This document shows, piece after piece, positions 10,132 to 23,675 of a stretch of 41,650 bases of DNA (positions are counted from its first letter, which is position 1; the number at the start of each line of letters is the position of its first letter). The stretch comes from Guillardia theta CCMP2712 (Eukaryota; Protista; Cryptophyta). The position numbers were made by a program, and so were the translations under genes. The stretch is taken from assembly GCF_000315625.1 (NCBI RefSeq), contig NW_005434409.1:1-41650 (forward strand). Direction: 5' to 3'. Below the pieces are notes generated by a model that was not told the DNA's origin, did no database searches, and saw only the letters and a list, made by a program, of their open reading frames with translations.

Positions 10132-13100
10132 ATGCAGCCATCCGCTGGTGCCGGGAGCGATGAATGCAACGTAAGAGGAGCATGCACGGCTTCATGCTCG
10201 CCCTCGCTGCCTCTCGTTCCATCCTCTCTCCTCCTCCTCCTAAGGCTGCTCATCGATTGCCTCTGCTTCTGCCATCCCACCCAGTCTTGTCCCTCCCTAT
10301 TGGAGGCCACCTCGCCCCGCCAGCATTTCGCTCGTGTGCAGCTCCCCCTCGCCTTTGTTCCGCTATCTGCTCACAGCAGCGAACTCGGTTTGATGACTCT
10401 GCCATGTTGTCTGCCTCCTGTCCTCAAAGTCTAGCATGATGTGCTCCATGTGAGGCAGAGCTCGAATGGTCCCATCTCAGTGCATGCACGAGTTTGGTGG
10501 GAGGTGCCGCCGTGCGACTTATTGCTCTCATCAGATTCTGGATTCTCAAGATCTCAAGACCAGGATGCAGCCGCTCCTGCAGGACACCATTGTCCTTCGA
10601 GGACTGTTCTTCGATGCGCTCAGGCATGGCATGTCAGGGCGTTATTTGTGCTGGTGACATAACGACAGGAAGGGGAGCTCGGAGAAAAAGAGGTTTATGA
10701 ATCAGCCTAGCTGCCACATTGAGGAGCATGGATATAACACAAGGTCCATTTCCAAGTGTCTTGATTCGGTTTCATGACATGAAAATCTAGGAACATTGAC
10801 TTCAATGCTGCCTCAACAAACCTTGAATGCATCGAGGCATTCAGTGAGAATGTGAAGAAGATCCTCTCTCTGTGAGTTGGTCCTGGACACTTCTATCCCC
10901 TTTCTGATGAAACATATGTTAAAGCTCGGAGAAGTATGCTGAGCAACATACTTCAAAGACTCTGCAGGACATTGTCGACGTTGTGGAGAGGTGAGTGTTT
11001 GGCAAAGCTATGATATCGAGAGGCGCGCCGTCGCCTCTGACTGTCTCGCGATAGATCATCGATCGAGGAAGTCAAGATCGTTGCGCGCATCTTCGCCGTT
11101 CTCCTGTCACAGATCAACATTGCAGAGAGGTGCAGACTCAATCGGCGTAATCAACGAGACTGAATTTGCTGATGCGGTGGTCGGATGTGCAGGCATCACA
11201 GGTACCGCCGCTGGAGCATGTATAAGCGTCGTGAGATCGCTATCCTGCATTTCTCGGATGGTCAGCATCATCAGGTTCATGTGCGCATGTCGGCCAGGAG
11301 GGGAAGCTGAGAGTCGGCTGCTCGCAGGCTGATGACTGCTTCAAGATGTTGAAGGAGAACGGCTTCACCCCTCAGAAGATCCATGATGTGATGCCTTGCG
11401 CACGCGTTCAATCACTAGCCTGAATGATCGTTGGGCAGTCTTTGTGCAAGCAGAACCTGGAGCTTGTCTTCACCGCGCATCCCACCCAGGTGCTGTGACG
11501 TCTTGGGAGCGATCGCCTCTGACCCGCTGCCATCCAGTCTGAGAGGCGTAGCATCTTGAAGAAGTTTGCGGCCTTGGACGCTGCTCTTGAGGCGCTGGAC
11601 TTGCATGTCCGACGAACCTGAAGGGGGGAGGAGAACTGAAGTTTGTCTCTGAGTAGGGAGAATCGCAGACCCCCCTACAGAAGGAGTTGATCTTCATGCG
11701 CCTCCAGCAGGTGAGCTTCCGGCCGAGATGCAGTTGCCATGGCTGACGGCTAGTCTAGACTCTGCTGGCGATCTGGAGAACGAACAACATGAGGACGATC
11801 AAGCCTTCGCCAGAGGTTGGAGGAGCCTATCGCCTGTAGTGTGCAGACCTGAGCGACTTGCTCAGGATGAAGCGCGCTATGGCCTGAGTGTCGTCGAAGA
11901 GACTCTGTGGGATGCGGTAAGCAACCATTGAGAGAGGGATGAAAGTGCTGACAGCTCCCTCAAGGTCCCGCAACACTACAGGATTGTCGACGACTCGCTC
12001 CGAAGGCTGGGCCAGCCCCCCCTTCCACTGGTGCGTCATGATTGCAGGACATGCACTGTGGATGGTGATGGAGGACGCAGAACTGCAACCTCATCACCCT
12101 CGGCTCGTGGATGGGAGGAGATCGCGATGGAAACCCGTAGGAGCCTCTAGCGTGTCGAGACGAGTGACTGACCGATGGCTTGTCAGATATGTCACCCATG
12201 ACATCACCAAGAAGATCATCTACCTCTCCATGATGCGAGCATGCAGGCTGTACTACAACGTGAGTCCAGAGCGAACATTGGGCATAACCTGTGCCGTGTT
12301 GGTCGCGAGGACGCGGCTGTCGTTGACCACTTCGTGTGCAGGAGGTCGAGAAGCTCCTTTGGGCGCTCTCTATGACAGGAGAGCCGAGCAGCGAGGTGCT
12401 GGAATGGCTTGCCGAGCATCAGAACGATTATCACAATGAGACTGTGGAAGTCGAAGGACGCGGCGGACACCAGACCAAGAACTGGTGCCTTTGAGATGCT
12501 GCAGCGGCTCTGCTTCCCTGACTGCTCTCTTCTTCTTCTCCAGGGATTTTTACCGCAGCGAGCAAACTGTGGAGGAGCCCTACCGTCAGGTCTTGCCTGC
12601 ACTCCTCCCGTCGGGTGTTAGTGCTCACTTAACTTCAGGTCCTGGTGATCGTCCGCGAGATGCTTGAGAGGACGATCATTCGTGCTGAGGTGGCTCCTCC
12701 TCTCCCCCTCGTCCTCTACCTCCTCCCTCTTCTCCTCCTCCTTCTCCTCTACCTCCTCCCCACTCCCCTCCCCCTCCTCCTCCTCCTCTACCTCCTCCCC
12801 TCCTCCTCCTCATTTACCTCCTCCCCCTCCCCCTCCCCCCTCCTCCTCCTTCGCGCTTTGCCTCGGCCTTACCTCATGGGTAGGCCTTGTCCCATGGTCG
12901 GGAGCCTCCTCCAGTCGACGGCAAGTGCTTCCGGACCACGGAAGAGCTGATGAAGCCGTTCGCGCTCATCTACGACAGTCTGGAGCAGTCGGGCGACCAT
13001 CTCGTCTGCCACGGCAAGCTCAAGGACCTCATTCGCCGCATCCGGACCTTCGGCCTCTACCTCGTTAAGCTCGACATCCGTCAGGAGTCTTCCAAGCACG

Positions 13101-15011
13101 AGGAGGTCATGGACGCTATCACCTCGCACCTGGGACTCGGCCAGTACTCCACCTGGTCGGAGGAGACGAAGATCCAGTGGTTGACCAACGAGCTGCTGAG
13201 CAAGAGGCCTCTGCTGGGCTCTCAGGACTTCAACTGTTCGCCGATGGTGAGGGAGGTGCTTGACACGTTCAAGGTGATCATGAGCTGCAACGCTGAGCCG
13301 TTCGGCGCCTACGTGATCTCCATGACACAATCTGCCTCGGACGTGCTCGAGGTTCACTTGCTGCAGAAGGAAGCGGGATGCCGCCAGCACCTTCGCGTCG
13401 CCCCTCTCTTCGAGACCAAAGAGGATCTCATCAACGCGCCCAAGGCTTTGCTCGCGCTCTACAAGAACGAGTGGTACAGGAACCACTTCGATACCGTCAA
13501 CACCAAGTACCAGGAGGTCATGCTTGGCTACTCCGACTCCGCCAAGGACGCGGGACGTCTGACGTCTGTCTGGGAACTTTACAAGGCCCAGGAGAGTCTC
13601 GTACAGATCTCAGCGGAGCACAAGATCCCACTCAACCTCTTCCACGGTCGTGGGGGTTCAGTGGGGCGAGGAGGAGGACCTCAGTACCTTGCGATCCTCT
13701 CTCAGCCCGCGGGTTCGATCAACGGGTCGCTGCGGGTGACCATTCAGGGAGAGGTGATCGAGAACTACTTCGGGTCCCACAGGTCGTGCGAGCTCACGTT
13801 CGAGCGATACACCACTGCCATCCTCAAGGCGACGCTGACGCCTCCCGCCCCTCCCTCGGACCTGTTCAGGGATGTGATGCAGCGAATGTCGGAGACGAGC
13901 TGCGCGGCCTACAAGAAGATCGTGTACGACACCCCGGGCTTCGTCGACTACTTCAGAGCCATCACGCCCGAGCAGGAACTGAAGACCTTGAACTTCGGCT
14001 CCCGTCCAAGCAAGCGAGCAAAAGGTGAGGAGGAGAAGGAGGAGGAGGAGGCTGAGCAGACCACAACTAGGTGGAATCGAGACGCTCAGGGCCATTCCAT
14101 GGATGTTCGCATGGACGCAGATGAGGCTGCACATGCCGGTAGACCGAGATAGAGAAGCGAAATCCCCAGCTGAGCTCTTGTTAGGTCTGGTTCGGCGTTG
14201 GCTCAGCCTTCAAGAGCGAGATCGACGCAGGAAACCTTGACACTCTCCGCGAGATGTAAGGGACCCCATGCTGCCACCCCAGCCTGACACGCGGCAGGTA
14301 CGCCAAGTGGCCCTTCTTCCAGTCGACAGTGGAGCTCGTCGAAGCCGTCCTCTCCAAGGTAGTGCCTGCTCGCTCAAGGCGGGAGGGAGAGGAGGGAGGG
14401 AGGAGTCAGCGATGTCTGTGACGATGGATGTGCTGATGCGCTTGCAGGTGGACGTTGAGATCACGAGACTGTACGAGAAGATGCTCGTCCCTGCCGACGT
14501 GCTCTACATCGGCGAGATGATCTACAAGGTCCCCGTCCCCTTCTTGTGCCTCTCCCCCGCCTTGGGCTCCACTTATCTCCAGCAGCACTCATCTTCCTCT
14601 CGCTCACTCCCTGTTTGCGCGCAGGAGCTCGACATGTCAATCGAGTGCGTCAAGATGATCACGGGGCGCGAGAATCTTCTCTCAAACAACCCCATCATCA
14701 AGCGACTCTACGACATCAGGAGACCCATGACGGACCCGCTCAACATCCTCCAGGTTGGACCGCTCCCTGCTTGCACTCCTCCCTCCTCCCTCCCTCTCCC
14801 ACCTTCGCTCTTTCCTCACTTCTCCTGCTCATCTCACCGCTGACGTGCGAGGGCAGGCGAAGGTCCTGAGGGACATGCGTATGCACGAGAATCCTCCGCA
14901 GGAGCTCCAGGAGTCTTTCGCTGCCACCGTCCAGGTACGCGGCGATTCAAGAGGCGACGACGTGACGAGGTCGGGCAGGGGATCGCAGCGGGGATGGGAT
15001 GGACTGGATGA
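10132..15011 (+). CDS. ppc: Phosphoenolpyruvate carboxylase, many short exons; 5' end approximate
   Basis: Exons encode [105 protein letters not shown] and TDPLNILQ, and end in [10 protein letters not shown]-stop at 15009-15011. Confidence 0.96.
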
Positions 15012-15847
15012 GGCCGACCAAGGCATCAGCCGCGTGTGTACAGAAAGAAGCTTTCAATCTCCCTCGTCATTACAAACTCCTCTCCCCCTCCTCCACTCGC
15101 CTCACCTCCTCCCAAGTCGTTATCATGCTCCTCTCCTGCACTCCCGAGGCACCCGAGACGAGGCGCTACTGCCCCTCCCCTCCCTCCTCTTCTCAGTCGT
15201 ATCCGTCCCTCTTACATCTTGTATCCTGGCCCGCAAGCATCGCCGAAGGGCCCGCAGTCCTGCGACTCCATGAGGCTCGTGAGCCCGCAGGCAGCGCATC
15301 GTACCTGGGGAGCCAGGGAGCCGCCAACTGTGAGAGGAGCCTCCTGGAGCTCGGAGAGCACAGGCTTCGAGGAGAAGGAGAAGAGAAGATCGAACATGTT
15401 CCTGCCCAACAAGAGGTAAGTCCGTGAACCAGACGCTATGGAAGCAGGATCAAAGGAGGGGAAGAGATGTAAGCTATTTCCCTGAACTTCTAATGATTCT
15501 TTCATTCGAGTATCCTTGTTTGCAGCTATGTTTAGTTCCAGGTCATCTTCTCTCCCATCAAGAGCTTCCATGAATCTGACAATCGCACCATCTCGTTCAA
15601 CTTTCTACCCAGAAGCAAATTTGCTGTGCTCCTCTTCTCTTTCGCGATCCCTCACTTGTCGATACAATCTTCCTCATCCTTGATTGTTGACCTTGCTGTC
15701 TCACATCTCCTTGGTCATACCAGAGCATGCCTCTCTATTCACCTCCTACACCTTTCTTTCAATGTCCTTCACAGTCTCACATCAAGCTAAATTAAGCTGA
15801 ACTTCCCTTACTCCGATTCACCTTCTGGCATTTGTAGCCCACTAGCC

Positions 15848-15884
<37 letters not shown>

Positions 15885-15922
15885 GTCGTCATCATCATCA
15901 TCGTCGTCGTCGTCGTCGTCAT

Positions 15923-15963
<41 letters not shown>

Positions 15964-16146
15964 GCAGCATCAGCAGCATCAGCAGCATCAGCAGCATCAG
16001 CAGCAGCAGCAGCAGCAGCAGCATCAGCAGCAGCAGCAGCAGCAGCAGCATCAGCAGCATCAGCAGCAGCAGCAGCAGCAGCAGCATCAGCAGCATCAGC
16101 AGCATCAGCAGCATCAGCAGCATCAGCAGCATCAGCAGCAGCATCT
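15848..16146. repeat. Compound (CAT)n/(CGT)n/(CAG)n microsatellite, about 300 bp
   Basis: Seen directly. It produces a spurious poly-L/M ORF. Confidence 0.95.
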
Positions 16147-16490
16147 CCATCTACATCTATATCATCTTCATCATCCTCCTCCGCTGATTCCCTGCCATCG
16201 CATGTCTTTCTATTTCTGGCAGTTTTTGCACCCCTCCAATTTCCTCAAGTTCTTCAGTATTAGGGGGGTGGGGTGGAATACATGGTCGATCACTCACTAC
16301 GTCCGTCCGAACCGGGACCCGGCCGCCGGACTTCCCGGCCCGAATGGCGCGGGCGGCGGGGCCCCCCGGCGGCCCCGGCGGGCCGGGCGGGCCGGGCGGC
16401 CGGGCCGGGCCGGGCCTCTAACTTAGCATCACTGACGGCACACAGGGCTATGAAAGAAGAAGCCTCAGTCTTAAGTATGATTCATTCGCT

Positions 16491-16599
16491 TCATATGATG
16501 AGAAACTTTGTTCTTCCCGCTGCTAATGACGGAGATAAGATACTGTACAAGAGCTCCATCAAGTCCTCGCGCATCTGCGAGTGAAAGTTAACAAACTCG

Positions 16600-16630
<31 letters not shown>

Positions 16631-17489
16631 TCAACCTCTTTCATGTCGAACATTCTGCATCACAGGGAGTGAGTCTTTGGCGAGACTGTAAGGAGAACTT
16701 ACGATCGGAACTTGCTGTCTTGAAACGTGTCGATGACAACAATTTTCATTCTCTCAGCAGAGATCTCACCATTCTTGATGAGTTTGAGCAGTCTGGAGAT
16801 CATCGTCATCTCCCTCGCCTTCATCTCCATCACCACCCGCACCTGCTCGTCGTTGTCACGATCACGGAACATCCGAGCGCCTTGTCACTGATCAGGAACT
16901 TGGCGAGCAGCTTCTTGACTTTGGGGTGGCTGCTGAAGGCTTTGACCACCTTCTCCTCCACCACCGCACCCTTGAGAGCCGAGAGGACGAGCGAGCCGCG
17001 GTCGGAGGAGGGAACGACGATGGCCATGGCGGGGGATGCGCAGCTGACTTCCTCCCTCCTCCCTTCGAGGCTCTCCGGGTGAGTTCTCTGCATGTGATCT
17101 ACCGCTCCCTCCACGTTGCGCTGCTTGACCGGGAGAGCGAGGAAGTTGTTGTCTTTGAAGCAGTCGTTCACTTCGATTGAAGAGAGTTTGGCTCCAAAGT
17201 CTGAGTTCTTGAGGAGACTGCAGAAGAAAGCTGCTTGCTGTGACGCTGACTGGTGGGCGATGCTCGCGCTCTCTTCTCTTGTGATTGCATTGCCCTTGAT
17301 TCTTTTCTTCTCTCTGAGGTTCTGCAAGCTCTTCTTCCTCTTCGCGCTCTTACCTGGCTCCCCCACGGCCTTCTCAACCCCTTCGTCCTCCTCCGACCCT
17401 CCTGCAAAGTCTCCGTCCAGCTCGAAGTTCTCTTCAAGCGTGTCCCCGGAAACGTCTTGCGGCATGCTGGCAGAGAGAGAGTCAGGCAT
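16491..17489 (-). CDS. CMS1: CMS1/CMSS1 90S pre-ribosome factor (4 exons)
   Basis: Acidic-then-basic N-terminus, then KLSSIE, PAMAIVVPSSDRG, KVVKAFSSHPKV, VIVTTTSR|LLKLIKNGEISAERMKIVVIDTFQDSKFRS|MFDMKE|MREDLMELL...KFLII-stop. This matches the degenerate helicase-like CMS1 family. Start is 17489 or 17465. Confidence 0.8.
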
Positions 17490-17699
17490 TAGGCTGCTGC
17501 ACTGAGAAGGTGACCGTGGCAGAGAAAAGCACGAGAGAGGAATAAATTGCTAGCAGGACGCAAGGACGCAAAGGACGAGAAAATCGAGGACGAGAGGAAA
17601 AGGAGGACGAGCAGTAGCAAGACGAGGATCAGCAAGCGATGGAGCGGCACGAGGAGGGAGAGGAGGACGACGACGATCAAGAAGAAGAGGATCATCATC

Positions 17700-18225
17700 A
17701 GGAGGAGGAGGAGCAGCAGCAGTATCAGCAGGCGGAGCAGGAGAACAAGAAAGATGGGGAGCAGCACCAGCACCAGCACCAGCACCAGCACCAGCACCAG
17801 CACCAGCACCAGGAGCAGCAGGAGCAGGAGCAGCAGGAGCAGGAGCTGCAGCAGGAGCAGGAGCAGGAGGAGCAGGAGCAGAAGGAGCAGGAGCAGAAGG
17901 AGCAGGAGCAGCAGGAGCAGGAGCAGCATGAGCAGGAGCAGCAGCAGAGCAGAGCTGCAGGAGCAGGAGCTGCAGAGCAGGAGCTGCAGCAGAGAGCAGA
18001 TCAGGAGCTGCAGAGCAGAGAGATCTGCAGGAGAGCAGAGCAGAGCTGCAGAGCAGAGCTGCAGCAGAGACAGACAGANNNNNNNNNNNNNNNNNNNNNN
18101 NNNNNNNNNNNNNNNNNNNNNNNNNNNNNNNNNNNNNNNNNNNNNNNNNNNNNNNNNNNNNNNNNNNNNNNNNNNNNNNNNNNNNNNNNNNNNNNNNNNN
18201 NNNNCAGGAGCAGGAGCAGGAGCAG

Positions 18226-18289
<64 letters not shown>

Positions 18290-18290
18290 T
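17700..18290. repeat. Low-complexity GAG/CAG/CAGGAG/GACGAG repeats spanning assembly gap 18079-18204
   Basis: Simple repeats flank the N-run. Confidence 0.9.
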
Positions 18291-19486
18291 GCTGATGATG
18301 TTCTTACTCTGTTGCTCTTCTCCTTCGCTTCTTCCAATCACAACCAAGAGCGCATGTGCCCTCAACCCACCCTCACCCCCACCAATACCAATCAATCACC
18401 TCACCCCCAAATTTTCCACATATACCCACCCATTTGACTCAGAGGAACGTACCCCCACCCCCTCAAGTCCTCGCATTTAAGTAGGCTGAGGCAGGCTGCT
18501 TCTTGAAACTTTTAGAAACTGGAATTTTAATTCAAATGTTTTTTCAAAAGTATCTATCAAATTTCAGATTTCGTGGGGCCCAAATACAGAAAACAATTTC
18601 TTGGAAGACTACCGGTACTTTAGCCATGTATAGGTGGTCAAGGGTGGGATAGAGGGGGGTGGGTTTGGCCGGTGGTGGCCTGGTACTGCTGGGGTCATTG
18701 AGGGGGTAGGGTAGTCATCGGGTTTAAGAAAAGTGGGGGAGGCTGGCAGCACCTTGCAATACAGGGGTACCATGTGGGTGGGTGAGAGATTTGAGGTGGT
18801 AGGGGGTACTCGTTCACAGAATTGCTGGATAAAGAGGGGGATAATACCAGGTAAAGAGGGGGTACATTTGTACAAGGGGTGTTACAACAGGGGGGTAGGG
18901 GTGATGAAAGTTATTTTTCTCGGATGGAGACGACCCTGTGAAGGTGGGGTAGGGGGTACTTTGACAGATCAGTCGCTTGACGGTCACGATGGCGCCGCAT
19001 GGCGAGGCGGCCGCGCGAAAGACGGAGAGGGGAAGGGGGAGAGAGAGAAGAGGGATCGAAGATGGTGATAGGAAGAGAAGGGAGAGGGTCACAGTGACTT
19101 GCCCGCCGGGAAAAGGGGAGGAGGAGGAAGAGAGCCGGAAGGATTGCAGGCAGGCAGGCAGGCAGGCAGGAGACTCGGCGAAGAAGCAGAATGCACGGTA
19201 AACAAGAAGACCAAGAGGAAGATGAGCAGTCCTGATTTAGAAGAGAATCTGCCCGAGAGAAGCACTTGCAGTCACATGAGGTTTCACTCGTGTGACACTT
19301 GCATCGTGTGTATGTTATGAATGCTGTTGCCATGATTGTTATGACTTCCCAAGGGTACAAGGGCAGCAGCTTGAAGGCTCTTCTCTGAATGTTAACTGAC
19401 CTCCTGTATGATTCCATGATCAGGGAAACCAACGCGAGGGCCCGAGCTGCTACTGGCGAGCAGGGGCTGAGGAGGAGGACGGCATC

Positions 19487-22400
19487 ATGGCGGCTGTGAT
19501 GATGGGGATCCGACATGGTCGTGCCAAGAAGAACGAGGAAAACGACGAGAGTGCCGCCAAGCTGCCGCAAGCGAGCGAGTGCAGCCTCGTGTCGGAGTTG
19601 GGACGACAAGTAGTGAGGTGAAACACTCGCTGCTGTTCCTCTTGGGTTGCTGACAGGGCTCGTCGCTCAGTCCTGTGGGAGTGACGTGGCAGAAGAGGAG
19701 GGTTATGCTCTCCCAGACGCGGATCAACTTCGGCAAGACAGACTCGGACCTGCTGATCGACTTCATCCCCCTCGTCGAGGTCAAGTCGGTAGTGCAGAAT
19801 GTCAGGAAGCGGCACGACGACCAAGGAAGTCTCAAGCAACAAGACCGCGACGGGCGACGTTCGAAGAAGTTCAAGAAGGCTGACATGCAGTTCTCCGACC
19901 AGATCTACTTCGCGGGTGACGACGAGGAGGAGGACGAGGAGGAGGAGCCTAACGTTTTCACCGTCTACACCATCCCCAACGGGCAAAACTCTGGGAGGCC
20001 AACCGTGCTGCGAGCTGGTGACAAGCAGGAGCTGGAAAAGTGGCTGGCTGGGATCGAACAGGCGAAGAAGGTGGCAGAGAGGATTGAGTTGGCGAAGGGA
20101 GACGTGGGGATGTTGGCCCGGGAAAGGAGGTTGGCGCGGGAGCTGTACGAGAGCTTCGGCTTCCAGCTCGCCATCGGCCTCGTCATCCTCTTCTCCTACG
20201 TCGCTTCCCTGGCGAACGCGCAGCTGCTGCCGGAGAGCGGAAGCGACATGGACAGAAATTTCAGGATCATTGAGCTCGCCGTCACAGCCGTCTTCACTCT
20301 GGTGCTGCTTGCTTACTTACCGACCTTGACCCCAGCTGAGCGTGGAGGCAGGAACTGGTCGTTAACCTTTTCGGGCACTGGTTCAACAAATTCTTCCGGG
20401 ACGGATGGAATGTGTTCGGTGAGGAGGCGACGACAAAGCTCTCCTCCTGACCCTCCCCCTGCCCCCCCGCAGATTTTGTTGTCGTCATTCTCGCGCTGGC
20501 TTCGGTCATCTTTGACCAGATCCCTGCGATCAACGTTCTCCGTCTTGTCCGAGTCTTCAAGATGGTCAGACTGTTCAGGTTGTCCTCTCCTTGTCATGTT
20601 GCATTGCTCCTCTTCCTCCTCCCCCTCCTCCTCCTCCTCTCCCCGTCCACCAGCTCATTCCCATCCTCCTGCTTATTCTCTCCATTTCTCCGTCCTCGTC
20701 GCTGACATTCTCAACAGGATGCTCACATCCCTCAGAATGCTTATCAACGCTCTCTCTGCTTCAGGCATCTCCTCCTCCTCCTGCTCCTGCTCCTGCTCCT
20801 CCTCTGCCTGTCCACACAGCCTACCCTTTTCGTCTTCTGCTTCTCTGCCTCATCTCGCACCAGCATCAGTCCCTTTCTCGTTCTGCTTGCCTCTGACTCG
20901 CCGCTAGTCATCCCTGTCCTCAACGCCTTCTGCATCCTATGCCTCGTCACTTCCATTTACGCTGTCCTTGCTACCAACCTATTCGGTGCTACCAGCCCAG
21001 ACTTCTTCGGTAACTTCGGCAGATCCATGTTCACTGTACGTCCCTACCCCTCCCTCCCTCCCCCTCCCTCCCTCCTCCTCCCTCTCCCTCCCTCTCCCTC
21101 CCTCCCTCCCTCCCTCTCTCTCCCTCCCTCCCTCCCTCTCTCTCCCTCCCTCACTCACTCACTCACTCCCTCCCTCCCTCGCTCACTCACTCACTCTCTC
21201 CCTCTCCCTCACAATGTCCTCCTCCATGCCTGATGTCCCTGTTGCAGTTTTTTCAGGTGGGAACCGGCGACGCCTGGGCGTCTATAGTGACTCGATCTCT
21301 GCTCCTCAACGACAAGAATGAGGGATGGGTGAGGGAGGAAGGAGGTGGTGGTGGCAGAATTCTGACAAGTTCCGTTAGATCATGCTGTTCTTCGTGTCCT
21401 ACGTGCTGGTCGTCGGGCTGGTAGGGAGCGATCGGTTCCTCCCCTCCTCTCCTCTCATCCTCCTCGTCAGGTTCTTGTCAACATCGTTGTCGCCGTCCTC
21501 CTCGATGAATTCATCACGACGGTGGAGCGAGAGAAAAGTGAGAAGGCAGCAAGATTGCGGCAAATAGAGCAGGTCCAACCCCTGTTCCTTCCTTCGCTGC
21601 CCAGTCTTCCCGCATTTCTGCATTCTCCTCCTCCTCTTGCCCTCTATTGTCACCATCATTGCCTTCCCCTGCTTCTCTCTTCCTCCTGCCTTCACGACTT
21701 CCTCTGACCAAACAGCAGGAGCGAACTCTCTCTGCATCTCGAGCGGAGGCGCCGCTGGACCCGCTCATTGCTGGTCTCGTCGGCTTCACGTCCGAGCAGG
21801 ATCTCTCCAACAAAATCTCCGCGCTCTATCAGGTGAGCCCGAGGACGCGAACACTCGAGGGAAGGATGCAGCATACAGATAGAGGAAGGGAGAGGAGGGG
21901 GAGCGGGCAGCAGGGGTGTTAGTGGAGTAGCTGATGCGGACGAGCAGCGGCTGGACGTGGATGAGTCAGGGGCGGTAGACCTGCAGGAGCTCAACGTGGG
22001 GCTGAGAAAGCTGAACCTCTCGCGCTCCGTCGCTCTCTCTCCCGACGACTTCGAGCTGATCACCCAAGGTGGAGCCCTGCTGGACGAGGACGGCGAGCTG
22101 GGACCCCTGGGGTTCGAGACCATGATCAGAACTCAGCTGGCGCAGTTTGTGAGGAGGAAGGTGAGCAAGCGCAGGAGGAGGAGGAGGAGGAAGGAGAAAG
22201 AGGGGGGGAAGGAGGAGGGAGACAGAGGGGAGGGAAGGAGGGAGGGGCAGGAAGAGAAGAGAGGAGGAGGGAGGAGGGAATCATTGACTTTGACTAAGGT
22301 GGTGAATGCGATGACGAGCGTGGAGGACGAGAACTTACAGCAGCTTTTCTTCGCCGTCAAGATGCTCATCTCCTTCGTGGATCAGATGGAGAAGAAGGAC

Positions 22401-23612
22401 GTGGGGGCGAGCGCGATGAAGCAGACGAAGACGAGAAAGCAGATCCTCGACAAGCTCTTCAAGTCTAGCATGTGCACCTCCTTTGCCGCATGGAAGAGCG
22501 CGGTCTTCGATCCACAGGAGGAGGAGGAGGAGGAGGAGGAGGAGGCGAAGGAGAAGGGGGAGAAGTCAAAGGACTGCTGCATGAACTTGGAGAGCAAAAT
22601 CTCGAGCATGCAGCAGCAGCTGGACAGGATGGTGGAAGACGAGGAGCAGGTAAAGTCGCAGCTGGGAAAGATTCTGTCGATCCTCGAGAAGGGCGAGCAC
22701 AAACCTGCTCCTCACTCCGTCTTCGTCCTCCCTCCCGAGCCCCGCAGCCTCCCGGTGATCAATCGAGGACAGGGAGGGGAGGGAGGGAGAAGGGAGGGAG
22801 GGAGCGGGGGCAGGAGGGGCTCCAAGGATGTGGAGGTGAGAAAGGGAGCTCGAAGGAACGGGAGGAGCAGGACGGACCTGGGGGATCATCAGACGCAGAT
22901 CATCATGGAGAACGGACACTGCTATTTCTCGGGGAGAAGGAACGTCCCGCTGCCGGAGGAGGAGGCGGGAGAGAGGAGGAGGAGGAAGGACAGCGGCTCT
23001 CAACTCTCGACGCCTCGCGACGGTTGTGGGCGCGTCCTCATCAAGATCCCCTGGACGAGCCTCACCCAGCAGGCCGTGAGCAAGGAACATGCTCGTAGTC
23101 AACCCCAGCTCCTCCCCAGCGACTGCAGGGACTCGTCGGTGTCGCTCCTCCTCCTCGACAGCAAGTTCGTCTTCCTCGAGGCCTTCCAGGGCGTCGCCTC
23201 GGCTGTTCAGGAGACGAGAGTCCAGCTGGGGGCAAGCTGGGAGGAGAGCTGTGCAGCTGCGATGGAGGAGATGGAGTGGAGGCTGATGAGGGAGGAGGAG
23301 GTTGACCTGCAGCAGAACATCTTCGTTGACCTCTCCTCCTCCGATCTCCTCGTCCATCGTCGCTTCTATATCGGCATGTGAGGATCAACCCTGACCTCTT
23401 TCCCCTGCCCCCTTCTCCTCCTCTCCTTCCTTCCCCTCTGAGAGCTTCTCAGGCCCGCGGACTCACGGTTGGCATCGCGCGCGAGGTCAGCGGTGATGGA
23501 GGAGGGGGTGATCCTCGTCGACTCTCACGCCCTCCTCCTCCACGAGTCCACTCGCCTCGCCCTCCTCCGCTCCCTCCTCCTCTTCGACCCCCTCACCCCC
23601 CGACCCTCTTGA
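19487..23612 (+). CDS. Single-domain (6TM) voltage-gated cation channel with N-terminal PH domain and C-terminal EF-hand region (EukCat/BacNav-like); multi-exon, 5' end uncertain
   Basis: PH-like WQKRRVMLSQ...IDFIPLVEV...VLRAGDKQELEKWLAGI. S1-S3 with FFRDGWNVFDFVVV. S4 VLRLVRVFKMVRLFR. Pore FGNFGRSMFT|FFQVGTGDAWASIV. S6 LFFVSYVLVVGLV|LVNIVVAVLLDEF. EF-hand LDVDESGAVDLQEL. The last exon follows a GT-AG intron and stops at 23610-23612. Confidence 0.88.
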
Positions 23613-23675
23613 CCCTCCACCCAGACCACCCCTCCTCCCTCCTCTTCTTCATCTTCACTTTATTAGTTTCTATCG

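Noticed and set aside
15036-15571. Short ORFs after PEPC, including a possible donor AG|GTAAGT near 15416
   Set aside because: No recognisable product and no consistent multi-exon model could be built.
17489-18437. Long overlapping ORFs rich in poly-L, poly-Q/E and SR
   Set aside because: They arise from stop-free simple repeats and an N-gap, with no domain signal.
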